DNA of 64,000 bases from Geosiphon pyriformis uo1 (Eukaryota; Fungi; Glomeromycota), in NCBI GenBank assembly GCA_016748015.1, contig JAAOMT010000441.1, positions 372,001 to 436,000 on the forward strand, written 5' to 3'. Below, one piece after another: positions 48,102-60,900 of this stretch. The translations under genes and the position numbers were made by a program. The notes below the pieces were generated by a model. That model had not been told where the DNA came from. It worked only from the letters and a program-made list of their open reading frames with translations, and searched no databases. Each line of letters starts with the position of its first letter. Position 1 is the first letter of the stretch.

Positions 48102-51100
48102 CTATACATCTATATGCACAGAAACCAAATCTCCAATACCTGAAAAAAATGGACAAAACCTATGAAACCCGAAACCAACTCCAAAAGCTTCAGCCACTCC
48201 CAGCAATCTAACCACACCAGCCAAAAACACTTTAGACAAACCAGAAACTGAAACAAGAGTTGAGCCATCACGCGGAATTAGACCGTGCTTTTCCATAAAC
48301 ACATGGTGTCTGGCACAGACTAACCAAATGTTGTCCTGAAATGCAAGACAGAACTCACACACAAAGCTCACAATCCTTTTAGTACCCTCATCAGAATCAT
48401 TAAAAACCAAGACAGACTCACGAAACCACCCATCGAAAACAAAGTCTTTACACAGAGCAACACCAATTCCAACCTCAGAAACACAAGAAGCCAAAGCCTG
48501 TAAGACACAAGAAGAAGAACGAGACAGGCCAGAAAAAGCCTTTCAAGCTGAAGCATGAGTGCCCAACAAACGAGCATGACCAACGGCATCCTGAGGACAC
48601 AAAAAGACGTGATCCGAGGTCTCAACATTACCACAAAACAAACAGACCACACTGGAGTATCTCCTATCATACAAATGCTTGCGCACAGCAACAGGAAGCT
48701 GATGATGAAGAGCCTTCATAAAGTAAGTATGACAGCTAGCCATGTGTATGCTGGTAAAACCAGATGCCAAGTGAGAATCGGGGTGCCACACTATAAAAGA
48801 CTTAGACCAATTGATATCAGCGCGCAACCTATCATCCACGACACGAGAACCCACTCCGACCTCCCAACAAGCTCGATGGACTGACCGGAAAACATCACGA
48901 ACAAAGTGTTTAGAATTACCAGAAACTGCCATACCACCAGCACATAGAAAACGTTCACTGACCAAATGAGGTAGGTGCCAAGCAGAGAGAGCAGCATTTT
49001 TAGCAAGTGTATCAGCACGATCATTGCCCGAGACACCTGAATGACCCTTCACCTTGACCCAATTCACATCCAAATTCTTCTGACAAATGACAGTAGTAAT
49101 GTGATAACGCTCAATCCAACAGCGGTTCCTGAAATCTGGATGAGCCAGCAACAATTCCAACCTACACGCATCTAAAGCAGTTTGGCTATCCGAGAACAAG
49201 TCAACCGAATGAGAAAAAGAAACACACTCAAGGGCCAAAGCTATGGCTTGCAGCTCCATCAGAGTAGAAAAAACCAAACCAGACACCCCAACACCCAAAT
49301 CCAAGTTAATGTCCTTAAAAAAAACAGCAGCACCCGCCTTCACGTCAACAGAGCCCAGACCAGAAAGAGATCCATCCATATACACAGAAAGGCAGGCAGC
49401 TCCAATGGTCAGCAAAGCATCACGAACCACACCAAAATCATAAGAAAGACGAATGTCAGACACAACATGACCATCTGCCAAAGAAAAACTTGAGGAGAGA
49501 GATACAACACCACCAAGAAAGTGAATGGAGAGATCAAACCAGAAAGGGACTGGGCCATGAGGGTCCAGCCTCTTCCAACGCTTGAAGGTTCTCCAACTAA
49601 AAACATCACTATTACGGTCCCGAAGTTGTTCCATGAAAGCAATCCTATAACGCCTGAATGAAGAGACACACTTGAAAAAACAGGAATCACCTAAAACCAA
49701 AGACATAGGAGTACCACACCAATGATGAAAAGCACAAGCCAGAGGGCCCCCCAAAGACAAATCACATCTGGAAAAAATACAGACCACACCAGCCAAAAAA
49801 TTATTTGAGAGACTAACACCAACATGAACCGGAAACATTAAGGGATAACGAGGATGCCAGCTGAGAACCTGGAGGTCATGAGACCTATGTGAAAACAAGC
49901 AATCCAAGACACCAGTGGAATTTGCAAAAGCAATAATGGAGGCCGATTTACTTTCAGCCTGGATTTGTTCGAAAGTCTTTAGATTGTACAGAGAGGGATG
50001 ATGAAGAGGATTACTGGGGAAATCACGTGGCAATCCAGACTTGGACTTAAAGATCTTGCGTACCAATGCGTCTTATTTACTACAAACACCCAAAAAAATG
50101 AAACTGAACTAAGTCCTGTAGCTGATGATAGGGAAAAAAACCGCAGACACCAAATATGCACACTGTTTGTCTGAAATCGCCTTCCTCAAAACAAGATTCA
50201 CAAAAAACCGTACATTAGCCTGAACTTTAGCCAAGTTAGGCTTCAAAAGACCTCCAAAAGACAAAAAAATACCCAAATAGTGATGAAATTCCCCTTTCCT
50301 GGCAATGGAAATAGGTGCGTCACTGATAGTTAAATGAGGATCCAACACCCAACAGTTGATAGGGATGGCCACTGTCTTGTCATTATTTACAGAAATGTCA
50401 TTGAACCTGAAAAACTCACTAACAATATCCAGAATGTGTTGTGTAGCAGTCTAGCTGCTACCAACCCAAATAGTATTATCGACGAAAGCACCAGCAGCAA
50501 GAAACGAAGTCAATTCAGCACGAGGATCTACTCGGCCTGTTTTAGAAACATAATGAGAATTCAACCTGTAGCCCCACACACTCTTCTGCCTCTTGACCTC
50601 GCACAAAAGCAAATCATAAAAAATATGCCAGAAAAGAGGTGAGAAAACTTCACCCTGATCCAGCCCATCGTGGACACAATACCCATTAGTTAAACCAAAG
50701 TCAGTCATCACTCTGTTGATACGACCATTGTGAATACTGCCAAAAAATCTAATAAACCTGTCATACATTTTGATCCTAATCAAACTCCTCCTAAGATGTT
50801 TCCAACCAACCGAGTCATAAGCCTTGTGCATGTTCTATAAAACCAGCCAAAGTTTACGGTTCTTCTCCAAGGCATCCTCAACCACAGAACTGACAGCAAA
50901 AATGGGAGACTGCGTCGTCATATCTTTCAAAACCGAAAAATTGTCTCCACGAAGAACATCAAAAGTGCTGCAAGCCAAAAAGATCCTATCTGAAAGGATC
51001 TTGGAGAGAATCTTGCAGGCCGTTTCAATTAAAGCTATAGGATGAGTGTTTGTGAGAACTCCCTCCCATTCATATGGTTTAGGAATCATCGAGACCCAAG

Positions 51101-52779
51101 CTTCCCTTCAAGGCCCAAGAACCCAGACAGAAATTCAAGAGCACCAAAAGCATATCCAAAATAGATTTGTCACAATGTTTTCACAATTCATTGGAGATAC
51201 CAGAAAGACCAGCCGCTTTTCTATCAGGAAGATCTTTAACAACAGTTGACAACTCATCAAAACTGATTGAGCACATGACATCAGAGAAAGCACCATCAAA
51301 CATGTAATCCAGAGGCTGAAATTGATGAATCCAATCCTCAGAGAAGTTAGACACCACCTCACGTTTTCTGGTCCATCCCTCCATAATTTCATCCACCTTG
51401 GACTTAACCAAATCAGGCTCCAAAATCAACTTTTCTTCTACAACCAGATGATCTAGGACCACCTTGCGAAAAAGATGCTCCAAAACACTTCTAATGGTGT
51501 GACCCTTGTTCAGCTCAAAACTCTCCATTCTCTTACCAATAGCCTGCTTGATCGAAGATTTTTCAGCATGCTTGAATTCCAAAATTTTCAAAGAGCAGTA
51601 CGATTTTCTCACTTTGGCTAATACAGAACAAATAATATCAAAATTAAAACCTGAAAGAAACAGAGACTTAATCTTCGATGCACCAGGAGAGTTGAGTCTG
51701 TGCCACATCTCCAACAAAGAAGCAAAACCATTACTCGAAGCCAAATGCGAGGCCTTAACCAATTTAGAAACCAGCAGCTCCAGTTTGTGAAACCTAGAAG
51801 AAGTCCTGGTAAACACGCTGTCAAAACCTTTGAACCATTTTTTCTTGAATGTACCACCCGCTGAAAGAACCATGATCTTGCGAACAATGTCCCATATAGT
51901 GTCCACATCTGAAAACCTCACTGCCACTTCAAAAACATCTGAGAACATAGAGGCATTGGCAGCTGAAGTATCCTTGAACTCCAACCACCTAGCATCATTG
52001 GCACCTTTGATGTCAAACTTCCAATGATTCCTATTTGCCTGCTTGCGAAGAGAAATCAAGTGCATTTCCAAGAGCCCACCCAAACCCAAATCCACTAAAA
52101 CAGCTCGATGGTCTGTGTCAAAATGCTCACTAACATTCAAAATCTTATGATGCACTATCGTATTGACAAGACACGAGGAGACAAACACGTAATCAATTAC
52201 TTTTGTAACACCCCTGAAATTTTCCCAAGTAGACGTTTTCGCAGCTGGGCTACCAACTAAAGAATTGACCAGATCCAAATCAAAGCATCTTTTGAAACTT
52301 GCACTTTTATGAGAACCGTCTTCATTAAAATCACTCTTGAGAATGACGAAAGAAGATTCATTAACAGCTTTTGCAATAAGAGAGTTAATCTCATCAGCCT
52401 GGGAAAACTGCACCACTAAAGAAGCACCAGCATAAAGCCCTAGAATTGACACCGAGAGCTTATTTTTGAAAAGCAATCTAACAGACAAGAGCCAGCCAAG
52501 CACTTCAGAAACTCTGCACACATGCTTTGCCAAAAAAAAGTTCATGACAACCACCACACCAGCACCCAGATAACCAGAATCCAAACCAGAGAAAAACACC
52601 CGAACACCATCAAACTTGTTGGCGATCCAGGAACAAACCCTATCCTTCAACTTTGTCTCAGTAAAAATAGAAACCAAATTTCCCATGTCCTTGTGCCAAC
52701 AAACTATATCCTCTTGTTTCGCAGGAATGTTCATGCTTCGAACATTACACATAGCAATCTTCCAAATAAGACTGGTCAT
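48102..52779 (-). pseudogene. LINE ORF2 (APE endonuclease, RT, RNase H, C-terminal Cys/His finger) with several premature stops
   Basis: CNVR/TETK/SDFN/IDY/TDH; KAYDSV/GLDQGE/AFVDN/YLG; YMDGS/ELQAI/SDS/KGHSG..GNDRAD; CLFC...DHVFLC. Confidence 0.93.
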
Positions 52780-54740
52780 TGAGAAAACGAGAGAACCAAA
52801 GAACCCAAACCAGAACACAACATATCCAGTCTTGCCAACACTGAGCCGACTGATACATCCAAAGCCATCAACTTCGACTCCAAACCACCAACCTTGGCAG
52901 TTAGAACCTTCGAACTACTGGAACCAAAATCAGAATTGGTATTATCAATGGTAGGGCAAAGAGAAAGAGAGGCCACCAATGGAACGTCCAGTGTCATATC
53001 CAAATCCATGCATGAGGCCAGAAAAGCAAACACAACGGGATGAGAGACTAGAGAAGAAGACTTCGAAGAAACCACCTCAACACAACTCAGCTTTTTCGCA
53101 ATAGCAGAAACTCGGTCCGCCAAAAGCTCCAAAGAGTGTTCCAAAATTGCCAACCAACTGCACAAACCAGAGATATCAGAAGGAGAGGATTCTACTGAGG
53201 CAGAACTTGCACCGAAACTAGCACTAACAGAAAAAGAACCCGAAGAAACCACATGAAAGGAAGTGCCACTAGCAACTTGGGCCCATGTCTTGCCACCAAA
53301 GGAAACTGGGTGAGTGATAGGAGCCTGTTTCCTCCTATATATATTAGCCAGACAAACCCAATTCTGAGAAGTTACCACCCACTTACTGTGAGCACCAGAA
53401 TTCCCACCCATAGAACAAACATCAGAAACATGACTGAATTGTTTACACACTGCCCAACAGGCCAAAGATAGACCAGCCCAATGCAAACTCACACTCTTGA
53501 AAACCAGAACCAAATCAATAGCAACCAACTTGGATGCCTCACTCTCAAAACAGATCACAGCACACTGATTACGAATATATGAAAATAAATTACAGTCAAT
53601 AAAACAAGTTTTCCCACCATAGGCCTCCACCAATACAGACAAATCATGGGCAGTGGTGCCAACTGGAAGAGTGTAAAGCAACGCCCGATGCTGATCCCTA
53701 GATACCCACATTTGTTTATCAACACTTGCCTTTGCCACGTGAACAGAATCTTTTCCCATGAGCACAGACCATCTAGCCGCAACCAAATCAGCTATCTCAG
53801 ATGATTCATATTCTATTAGGGCCTTTTGCCAAAGACCAATAAGCTGCACTTTGATTGAAATAATTTTGCCAAACTTGGAGAACACTGCTTCAATCGCTAA
53901 TTTGGGAAGATCCACTGGGATTTCCTTGACAATTACCTCCTGATCCAAATGGCTGTTTACTTTTCTTAGATCATCATTTACCAAAATTTTTTCACTGATT
54001 GCCATTTCCCTTGTCTTAATCAAACTTTTTTCAGATGTAAATGATGACTTTATTATTCCAGGAAATTTTGAGAGAGTCGAAACCCCCCCAAAACCATCAA
54101 CTTGATAAAAAATTTTTTTCACACAAATCAACTTATTACTAACAGTTTTTTCAGGAACAGCAGAAAGTTCAATATCCAATGTAAAAGATTTCACCAAAAT
54201 AAAACTTCGAATATCCTGATCACATGACGTGACTGGCAGCAACTGATTGGATCCATTGAACGTGCGAAGAGGAAGCTCCAAAACGTCGCCAGCACTGCCC
54301 ACATCAACGAAAAAAGGCTGCTTAGGTGGGTGTTCAAATACATACGTTCTTGTTCTCAAACCCTTTGGCATAGCATTACCCATTAGTTCATCATCCTCGG
54401 AAGTGTCGGAATCGACGTAGCTCATTTCTTCCACAATCGTGTTCTTTATGTTCTCAACATCAGAAGTCCCGCCAACACTTGATTCCTTGCTGTCCATTTC
54501 ACTACCCCAAGATTTCTTCCAGTTGTCAATGCCACCATGTAGCATGTCCACAAACAGAGGGCCAGCCAACGAATTCACAACAACACCAGAATCATCAGGT
54601 TTCTTTGCTTTCTTGTAAGATGGACCATGAGTGTAAACACTCTCAATGCGCGCCTTTTTTTTAGTGCCAGAACAGGTCCCCACACCAGCCGAACCAGATG
54701 CTAACCCACCAGCAGAAGAGCCTACTGGATCTATTGTCAC
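52776..54740 (-). CDS. LINE ORF1 (RRM-like domains, degenerate CCHC knuckle, coiled-coil C-terminus); open frame, start codon uncertain
   Basis: VIVKEIPVD..FSKFGKI...ALIEY (RRM-like), ALLYTLP, WAVCKQFSHVSDVC; 654 open codons. Confidence 0.85.
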   Translation of the reverse strand: MTIDPVGSSAGGLASGSAGVGTCSGTKKKARIESVYTHGPSYKKAKKPDDSGVVVNSLAGPLFVDMLHGGIDNWKKSWGSEMDSKESSVGGTSDVENIKNTIVEEMSYVDSDTSEDDELMGNAMPKGLRTRTYVFEHPPKQPFFVDVGSAGDVLELPLRTFNGSNQLLPVTSCDQDIRSFILVKSFTLDIELSAVPEKTVSNKLICVKKIFYQVDGFGGVSTLSKFPGIIKSSFTSEKSLIKTREMAISEKILVNDDLRKVNSHLDQEVIVKEIPVDLPKLAIEAVFSKFGKIISIKVQLIGLWQKALIEYESSEIADLVAARWSVLMGKDSVHVAKASVDKQMWVSRDQHRALLYTLPVGTTAHDLSVLVEAYGGKTCFIDCNLFSYIRNQCAVICFESEASKLVAIDLVLVFKSVSLHWAGLSLACWAVCKQFSHVSDVCSMGGNSGAHSKWVVTSQNWVCLANIYRRKQAPITHPVSFGGKTWAQVASGTSFHVVSSGSFSVSASFGASSASVESSPSDISGLCSWLAILEHSLELLADRVSAIAKKLSCVEVVSSKSSSLVSHPVVFAFLASCMDLDMTLDVPLVASLSLCPTIDNTNSDFGSSSSKVLTAKVGGLESKLMALDVSVGSVLARLDMLCSGLGSLVLSFSQ

Positions 54741-54869
54741 GAACAGAAGTGTATGTAAAGAAATAACTGAAGGGAACAGAAGGGAATAAGGGAAAAGGAA
54801 GATATTTCTTTGACTACTCTATGCTCTCATTATGGTCAGGGGATCAACGAAAGAAAGAGTTTTTTTATT

Positions 54870-57697
54870 TTATCTTTTTTAATTTAATATTTAAAATTAC
54901 ATGAATATATTTACAAATATATTAAGTTTAAATCTATAAACAAAAAAAGAAAAAAAAAGTTATAAAATTAGAACTATTAATTATCTTTATAAAACTTTAA
55001 ATTTAAAATATAATAAATATCTTTTTTATATTATTCTGAATAATTATTTATTATTATATTAATTAATTATAATATTAATAAAAACCTATTACCATTTAGC
55101 TAATATTGTAATTGTTTTTGTTTTATAAAATAAAATAAAACACTCTAATAAATATTATTGTCTTATTTTAATAAAAAAAACTAAAAAATTTGTAGTTTTA
55201 TTTTTTATTTAATTTATAATGATTTTACAAGATAACAAAATTAAAATTTTTCTTGGTATTTCTCTAATTAAAAGAACTTTTTAAATTATACAAAGTTTTT
55301 AAAAGCCAATTATATTATTAGATCATGATTTTTCAATTAATATATAACAAAAATTGATTTTATTAGTCTATTTATTAATAAACTTAAGTAATATAAATAT
55401 ACTTTTCACAATAATCAATTATTAATTTTTATTTATTTATAATATAAAGTTAATACAAGTTCTGTCATTTATATAAATGACTTAAATTTATTAATACAAA
55501 ATGCTTATCTTAATAAAATATTAAAAATTAATAATTAAATTAAACTTATTTGGATTTTTTAGTTAATAAAGACCCAAATAAAAATTTTTATTATATGAAA
55601 AATATTTTTAAATATTATAATACATGTTTTGATTAATCAGCATATAATTTAAATATAATATAACAACATTTTTATAAACCTTATTAAAATAATATTATTA
55701 ATTAATAAATATGATTTTTATCTTAATTCTTAAGGCCAAGTAATTAATTTAAAACTTGTAATAAAAAACTTTTATTATGTTAAAAAAATCTTATTTACTT
55801 TTTAAAAATAAAATTTTATCTTTAAAAAAACAATTAAAACATAATATATTGATAAAAAAAACTTTTTTTGCTAATATTATATTTTTAAAGTATAATAAAA
55901 AAAATACTAATAAATCTGTATTTTGTTAATAACTTAAAAATTATATCAAAATATGTTAATACTTTTTTAACATTAAAAATTGTGAAAATATTTCTTGTTA
56001 TTTACCTAAATAATATAAAAAACAGTTATTTTTCTTATAAAAAATAATAAGTTTTTTCACTTGTAATAAAGAGAAAAAATGATTATTATTTGAATCTGTT
56101 TTATATATTAAAATATTGTAACAAAATAAAAATACTTAAATATGATGTTTATTGTTTTTTAACTATAAGCAATTATATTTATTTCTGTTGTTTTATTTAT
56201 AATACATATTTTTTGATATTTTTATTAATTATATTATATAAGAAAAACCAATATTTAAGATAATAAAGATAATTAACTAAACAAAAACAACTTATTAATT
56301 TAATTAATGATTTTTTTATTAATTCTAAACAAGTATTAGTCTTATAAAATCATAAAATATTCTCAGAAAAAAAATAAAAAAACAACCAAATTATTTATAA
56401 CTTAAAGTTTTAGAAAGTTTTATAATTAGGAAATGAAAAAAAAACTATAGTTTAATATATAAATTAAATTATATTTCTATATTCTAATTAATTAATAAAT
56501 TATATATTATTTAAAGTTATAAGATTTTAACATTTTTATATTCTAATTAATTAATAAAAATCCAAAATTACATATTATATAAATTATATAAGACATAAAA
56601 TTTTGAATTTTTTTTTTTTTTTATAATAATATAATATATATTTATCTCTTAATTTTAAAAAACCTTTAAATCAGACTTATTATACTATTTTTGTGTTTAA
56701 TAAAATTAATTTTTTATGAATTAAATTAAATTAAATTTAATATAAAAATTGTAAGTACTTTGATTATTTTAACTTAAAATATAATTTTTTTAAAAATTTA
56801 ATAAATATATGTTTTTAACAAAAGTTTTAAACTTAAATAATTTTTTTGATTATGTTTTTAAATAGTGTTTTCTTTAAACTTGAATTTTTATTATTAAAAA
56901 CAAAATTAAATATGTTTAAATAATACTTGAAATTTTTTTTGGTTTTTTTATTAGTAAGTTTATTTTAAATAATAATTAATAAAAAAGTAAAATTTATTTT
57001 AATAATTGGATTTTTTTTAATATTATTAATATATATATATATATAACTTTTATAATATAAAATGTCTTAATATTTTTAATAAAACTTTTAATTTTAAATT
57101 AAAGTTTATTAAATAATAACAATATAATATGATTTGCTAATTGGTTTTTATAAAAAAAATAATATTAAGCTTTTTTTTAAAACAAAAAAAAATATCTCTT
57201 ATTGCCAAAACTTTTCATTTTATTTTTTTCAATTTTTACAAAAAACTATTATTAATAGAACCAGAAACAGTTCTTTTAGCTAATTTTTTTTGTTATATTA
57301 TTACTAGTAATAGCTGCCAAGTCCAAAAAAAAAGTAAAATAGTAAAAGATATAACAGAAAAAAACAAAAACTTCTTTAACAAAATTATTTTCTCTTTAAG
57401 GAATTTAGAACAAAGAAGAAAAAAAGTTTTTTATTTTAGTTATTTTAATTAAAATTCAAAAATATTAAATAATTAAAATATTGTAATAAAATGTTTAATA
57501 TTAAAATCAAAACAATATTATTTAAAAAGCAAAAAAATATATACTATTAAATAACTTAAATAAAATTAATTAAAACAAACATTTTTGTTTAAATTATAAA
57601 TAATATATACAAAAATTACTTTTACAATATTTGCTTTTAAAATTTTTATAAATTTTAATATATATGTAAATTCATATTTTTTACTTGAAAAAAAAAT
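54870..57697. other. AT-rich desert ending abruptly upstream of KOG1
   Basis: Almost no G/C and no CpG seen; switches to CpG-containing sequence at ~57698. Confidence 0.65.
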
Positions 57698-57975
57698 ACC
57701 GCGAAATTGGGGATCTGATGGATTAATTACGTTGCAATCTTTCGAGCGGATCAGATATCTGTAATATGTGAGATCAGAGCAGATACATGTATTAAAACAG
57801 TTAACAGATAATCGCACTTCGGAATTCCATTCTTTTCCTTCTCTTGTTGTTTACAACATTCACCTTTTTGAAAATAATAAAGGTTCGTCAAATGCAGGTG
57901 CAAAGACTGGTAAAATCACTTCAAAACTTGTCTTCTGCACTCAATTGGTATCACGAGTCTTTTCCAAATAAAACA

Positions 57976-60900
57976 ATGGACCATAATGGCCACGAAGAAT
58001 TTCAAGCTGGGGATCACGAAATTGCGACCCTAGAAAGATATACATACTATACAGAAAAGCGACATATCTCTTTCTCCAACCAAACCCGAGAGGAGAATTC
58101 CGTTCAGGACTGGCGAATGCGTGAGCGACTGAAGACCGTTTCTGGTGCTTTAGTATTATGTCTTAATATCGGTGTAGATCCTCCGGATATAGTTAAGCCA
58201 AGCCCTTGCGCTAAATTGGAATGTTGGGTTGATCCGTTCTCTTTGCCTCCTCCAAAAGCTCTAGATGCCATTGGCAAGAATTTGCAACAACAATACGAAC
58301 AGCTCAGTATCAGAACTCGTTACAAACAGTATCTGGATCCATCTGTTGATGAGATGAAGAAGTTTTGTACTAATTTAAGAAAAAGTGCCAAAGAAGAAAG
58401 GATCCTTTTTCATTATAATGGCCACGGCGTTCCGAAACCAACAACAAGTGGCGAAATTTGGTGTTTTAATAAACATTTTACTCAATACATTCCTGTCTCC
58501 CTGAGCGATTTACAACAATGGCTCGGTTCACCATGTATTTATGTATATGATTGTTCGGCCGCTGGCAATATATTAATGAACTTTAACCGTTTTGCGGAAC
58601 AAAGATATCTTGAAGCAGCTAGAGCATCACAAGACCCAACCAACTTTCCTCCTCCTGTCAATATTCAACTCGCCGCATGCGGCCCTACCGAAACACTTCC
58701 GATGCATCCTGCACTCCCAGCCGATTTGTTCACATCGTGTCTTACTTCACCCATCGAGATTGCTTTACGTTGGTTCGTATTGCAAAATCCATTACCTTCT
58801 GAACTTACTGTTGAAATGGTTATGAAATTGCCTGGAAGATTACAAGATCGACGTACACCACTGGGGGAGCTGAATTGGATTTTTACTGCAATCACGGACA
58901 CAATTGCATGGAATGTCTTAATACCGGATTTATTCAAACAGCTTTTTCGGCAAGATTTGATGGTTGCCGCTCTATTCAGGAATTTCCTTTTGGCTCAAAG
59001 AATTATGCGACGTTACCAATGTAACCCTATGTCATTTCCGCAATTACCCCCCACTCATGATCACCCAATGTGGGCTTCTTGGGATCTGGCTGTAGATATG
59101 TGTTTAGCTCAATTGCCAGCTCTCTTAGAATCAGAAAAGGGTGGCTCTGAATATCAATATAAACATTCAAGTTTTTTTGATGAGCAGTTAACTGCCTTTC
59201 AAGTGTGGCTATCGAGAGGAACGTTTTTAAAAAAACCTCCTGAACAATTGCCCATAGTTTTACAAGTTCTTTTAAGTCAGGTACATCGTTCTAGGGCATT
59301 AGGACTACTTAGTAAATTTCTGGATCTTGGACCATGGGCTGTTAATTTAGCGTTATCAATTGGTATATTCCCATATGTGCTTAAATTACTACAGAGCCCT
59401 GCTGCGGATTTAAAACCTCCATTAGTGTTTATTTGGGCACGAATTCTGGCTGTTGACAGATCATGTCAACAAGATTTATTGAAAGATAATGGCTACAATT
59501 ATTTCGTTAATATTTTATCACCGAATAGCGTACTGAATATTCCCAATGAAGCGGAACATCGTGCTATGTGTGCATTTATATTGGCTATATTCTGTACCAA
59601 TTTTAATCAAGGTCAAGTGGCTTCTCACAAAGCAAATGTTTTGCAAACATGCTTAGCTCGTCTTATCGATGTCGATGCATTATTAAGGCAATGGGCTTGT
59701 CTCTGTATTGGACAATATTGGACAAATTACGCGGATGCAAAAAGTGAAGGAATCGAGAATCAAGCTCATCAAAAACTTTTTGGACTTTTGACTGATCCGG
59801 TCCCCGAAGTTCGGGCTGCTGCCCTTTACGCTCTCGGAACTTTTATTGGGGACTTGGAACGAACAGAGCAGATAGTTAACATCGAACACAATATTGCCAT
59901 CAATGCGTTAACCACCAACACCGATGGTTCCCCAATTGTTCGTAAAGAATTAGTTATTACACTTTCCTATATAGTAAATGCCTATTCAGATAATTTTGTG
60001 AAAGCGGCCAAAGATGAATTGCAAGAAATACGCAGGCGCTCAAAACAGCGGATTTTAAGAGAGAGTCCTCCTAGTTCGGTCTATACTTGCATATGGAAGG
60101 CTTTTCTAAACTTATCTGCAGACCCTGATCCTGAGGTTGCGCAACTTGCCTCTGTAGTTGTAGATATAATTAATGAACAACTTTTGGATCCTTCAACCGC
60201 AGAAAGTATTGCGGCTACTTTGCGTCATGTAAGCCAAGAACATCTAATACAAGATGTCGATTCGTATCGACTGTCGTCAGATCGACCACCATCCCTTGAA
60301 GATCAAACGCCGCTAAAATCTAAATTTTTCGATTGGAGTTGTGAATATTTTCGTGAACCACAAATGCGGGTAATGTTTTTTCTCGATAAATGTTTTCTTT
60401 TATAAAATTCAATTCGTCTTGATTAAATTCGATTGACCTGTACATTAAACTAGGCTGCAGAATCGGAATTACCCGGTAGTTTGCAGGATCATCAACGTGC
60501 CTGGCGTCGGAACAGGAATGATTTAATTATTAAGCAATCAAAACCTCTCAAGGACGTTGCCGGTATGAATTACGAATTTACACTTATAACCCTTTGAAGT
60601 CTAATGGCTTGTTCCATCAATCTCAAATAACATCATTCGCTAATTCGTCACGATAACATATTCTTTTAGGATCTAGTCGGTGGAACAAGCAAATTGCGTT
60701 ATTTAATAATGAATCAGAGCCAAATAAACTTTTGTTTCATCAGTTTGAGCCGCATCTTGTTGTTGCAAATGATAAGGACGCTATCAGGTAAATTTATTTT
60801 CATTCTCTAGTTTTCAACATGTTTTCTATGAGATAGATGTTGACTTATTTTGTGCTCTACAGTGTTTGGAATTGGCAGGATCATTATCGAATTAATTCCT

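Larger units (their letters stand above)
47965..54860 (-). mobile_element. LINE copy 2, full length and least decayed (ORF1 + APE-RT-RNaseH ORF2, (TAAA)n tail)
   Basis: Long ORFs, higher GC, CT-rich 5' end, conserved 3'UTR, tail tttatttatttattta at 47969-47988. Confidence 0.95.

Noticed and set aside
57141-57452. K/I/F/N-rich ORFs in AT deserts (also 28280-28516)
   Set aside because: Compositional artefacts of AT-rich DNA
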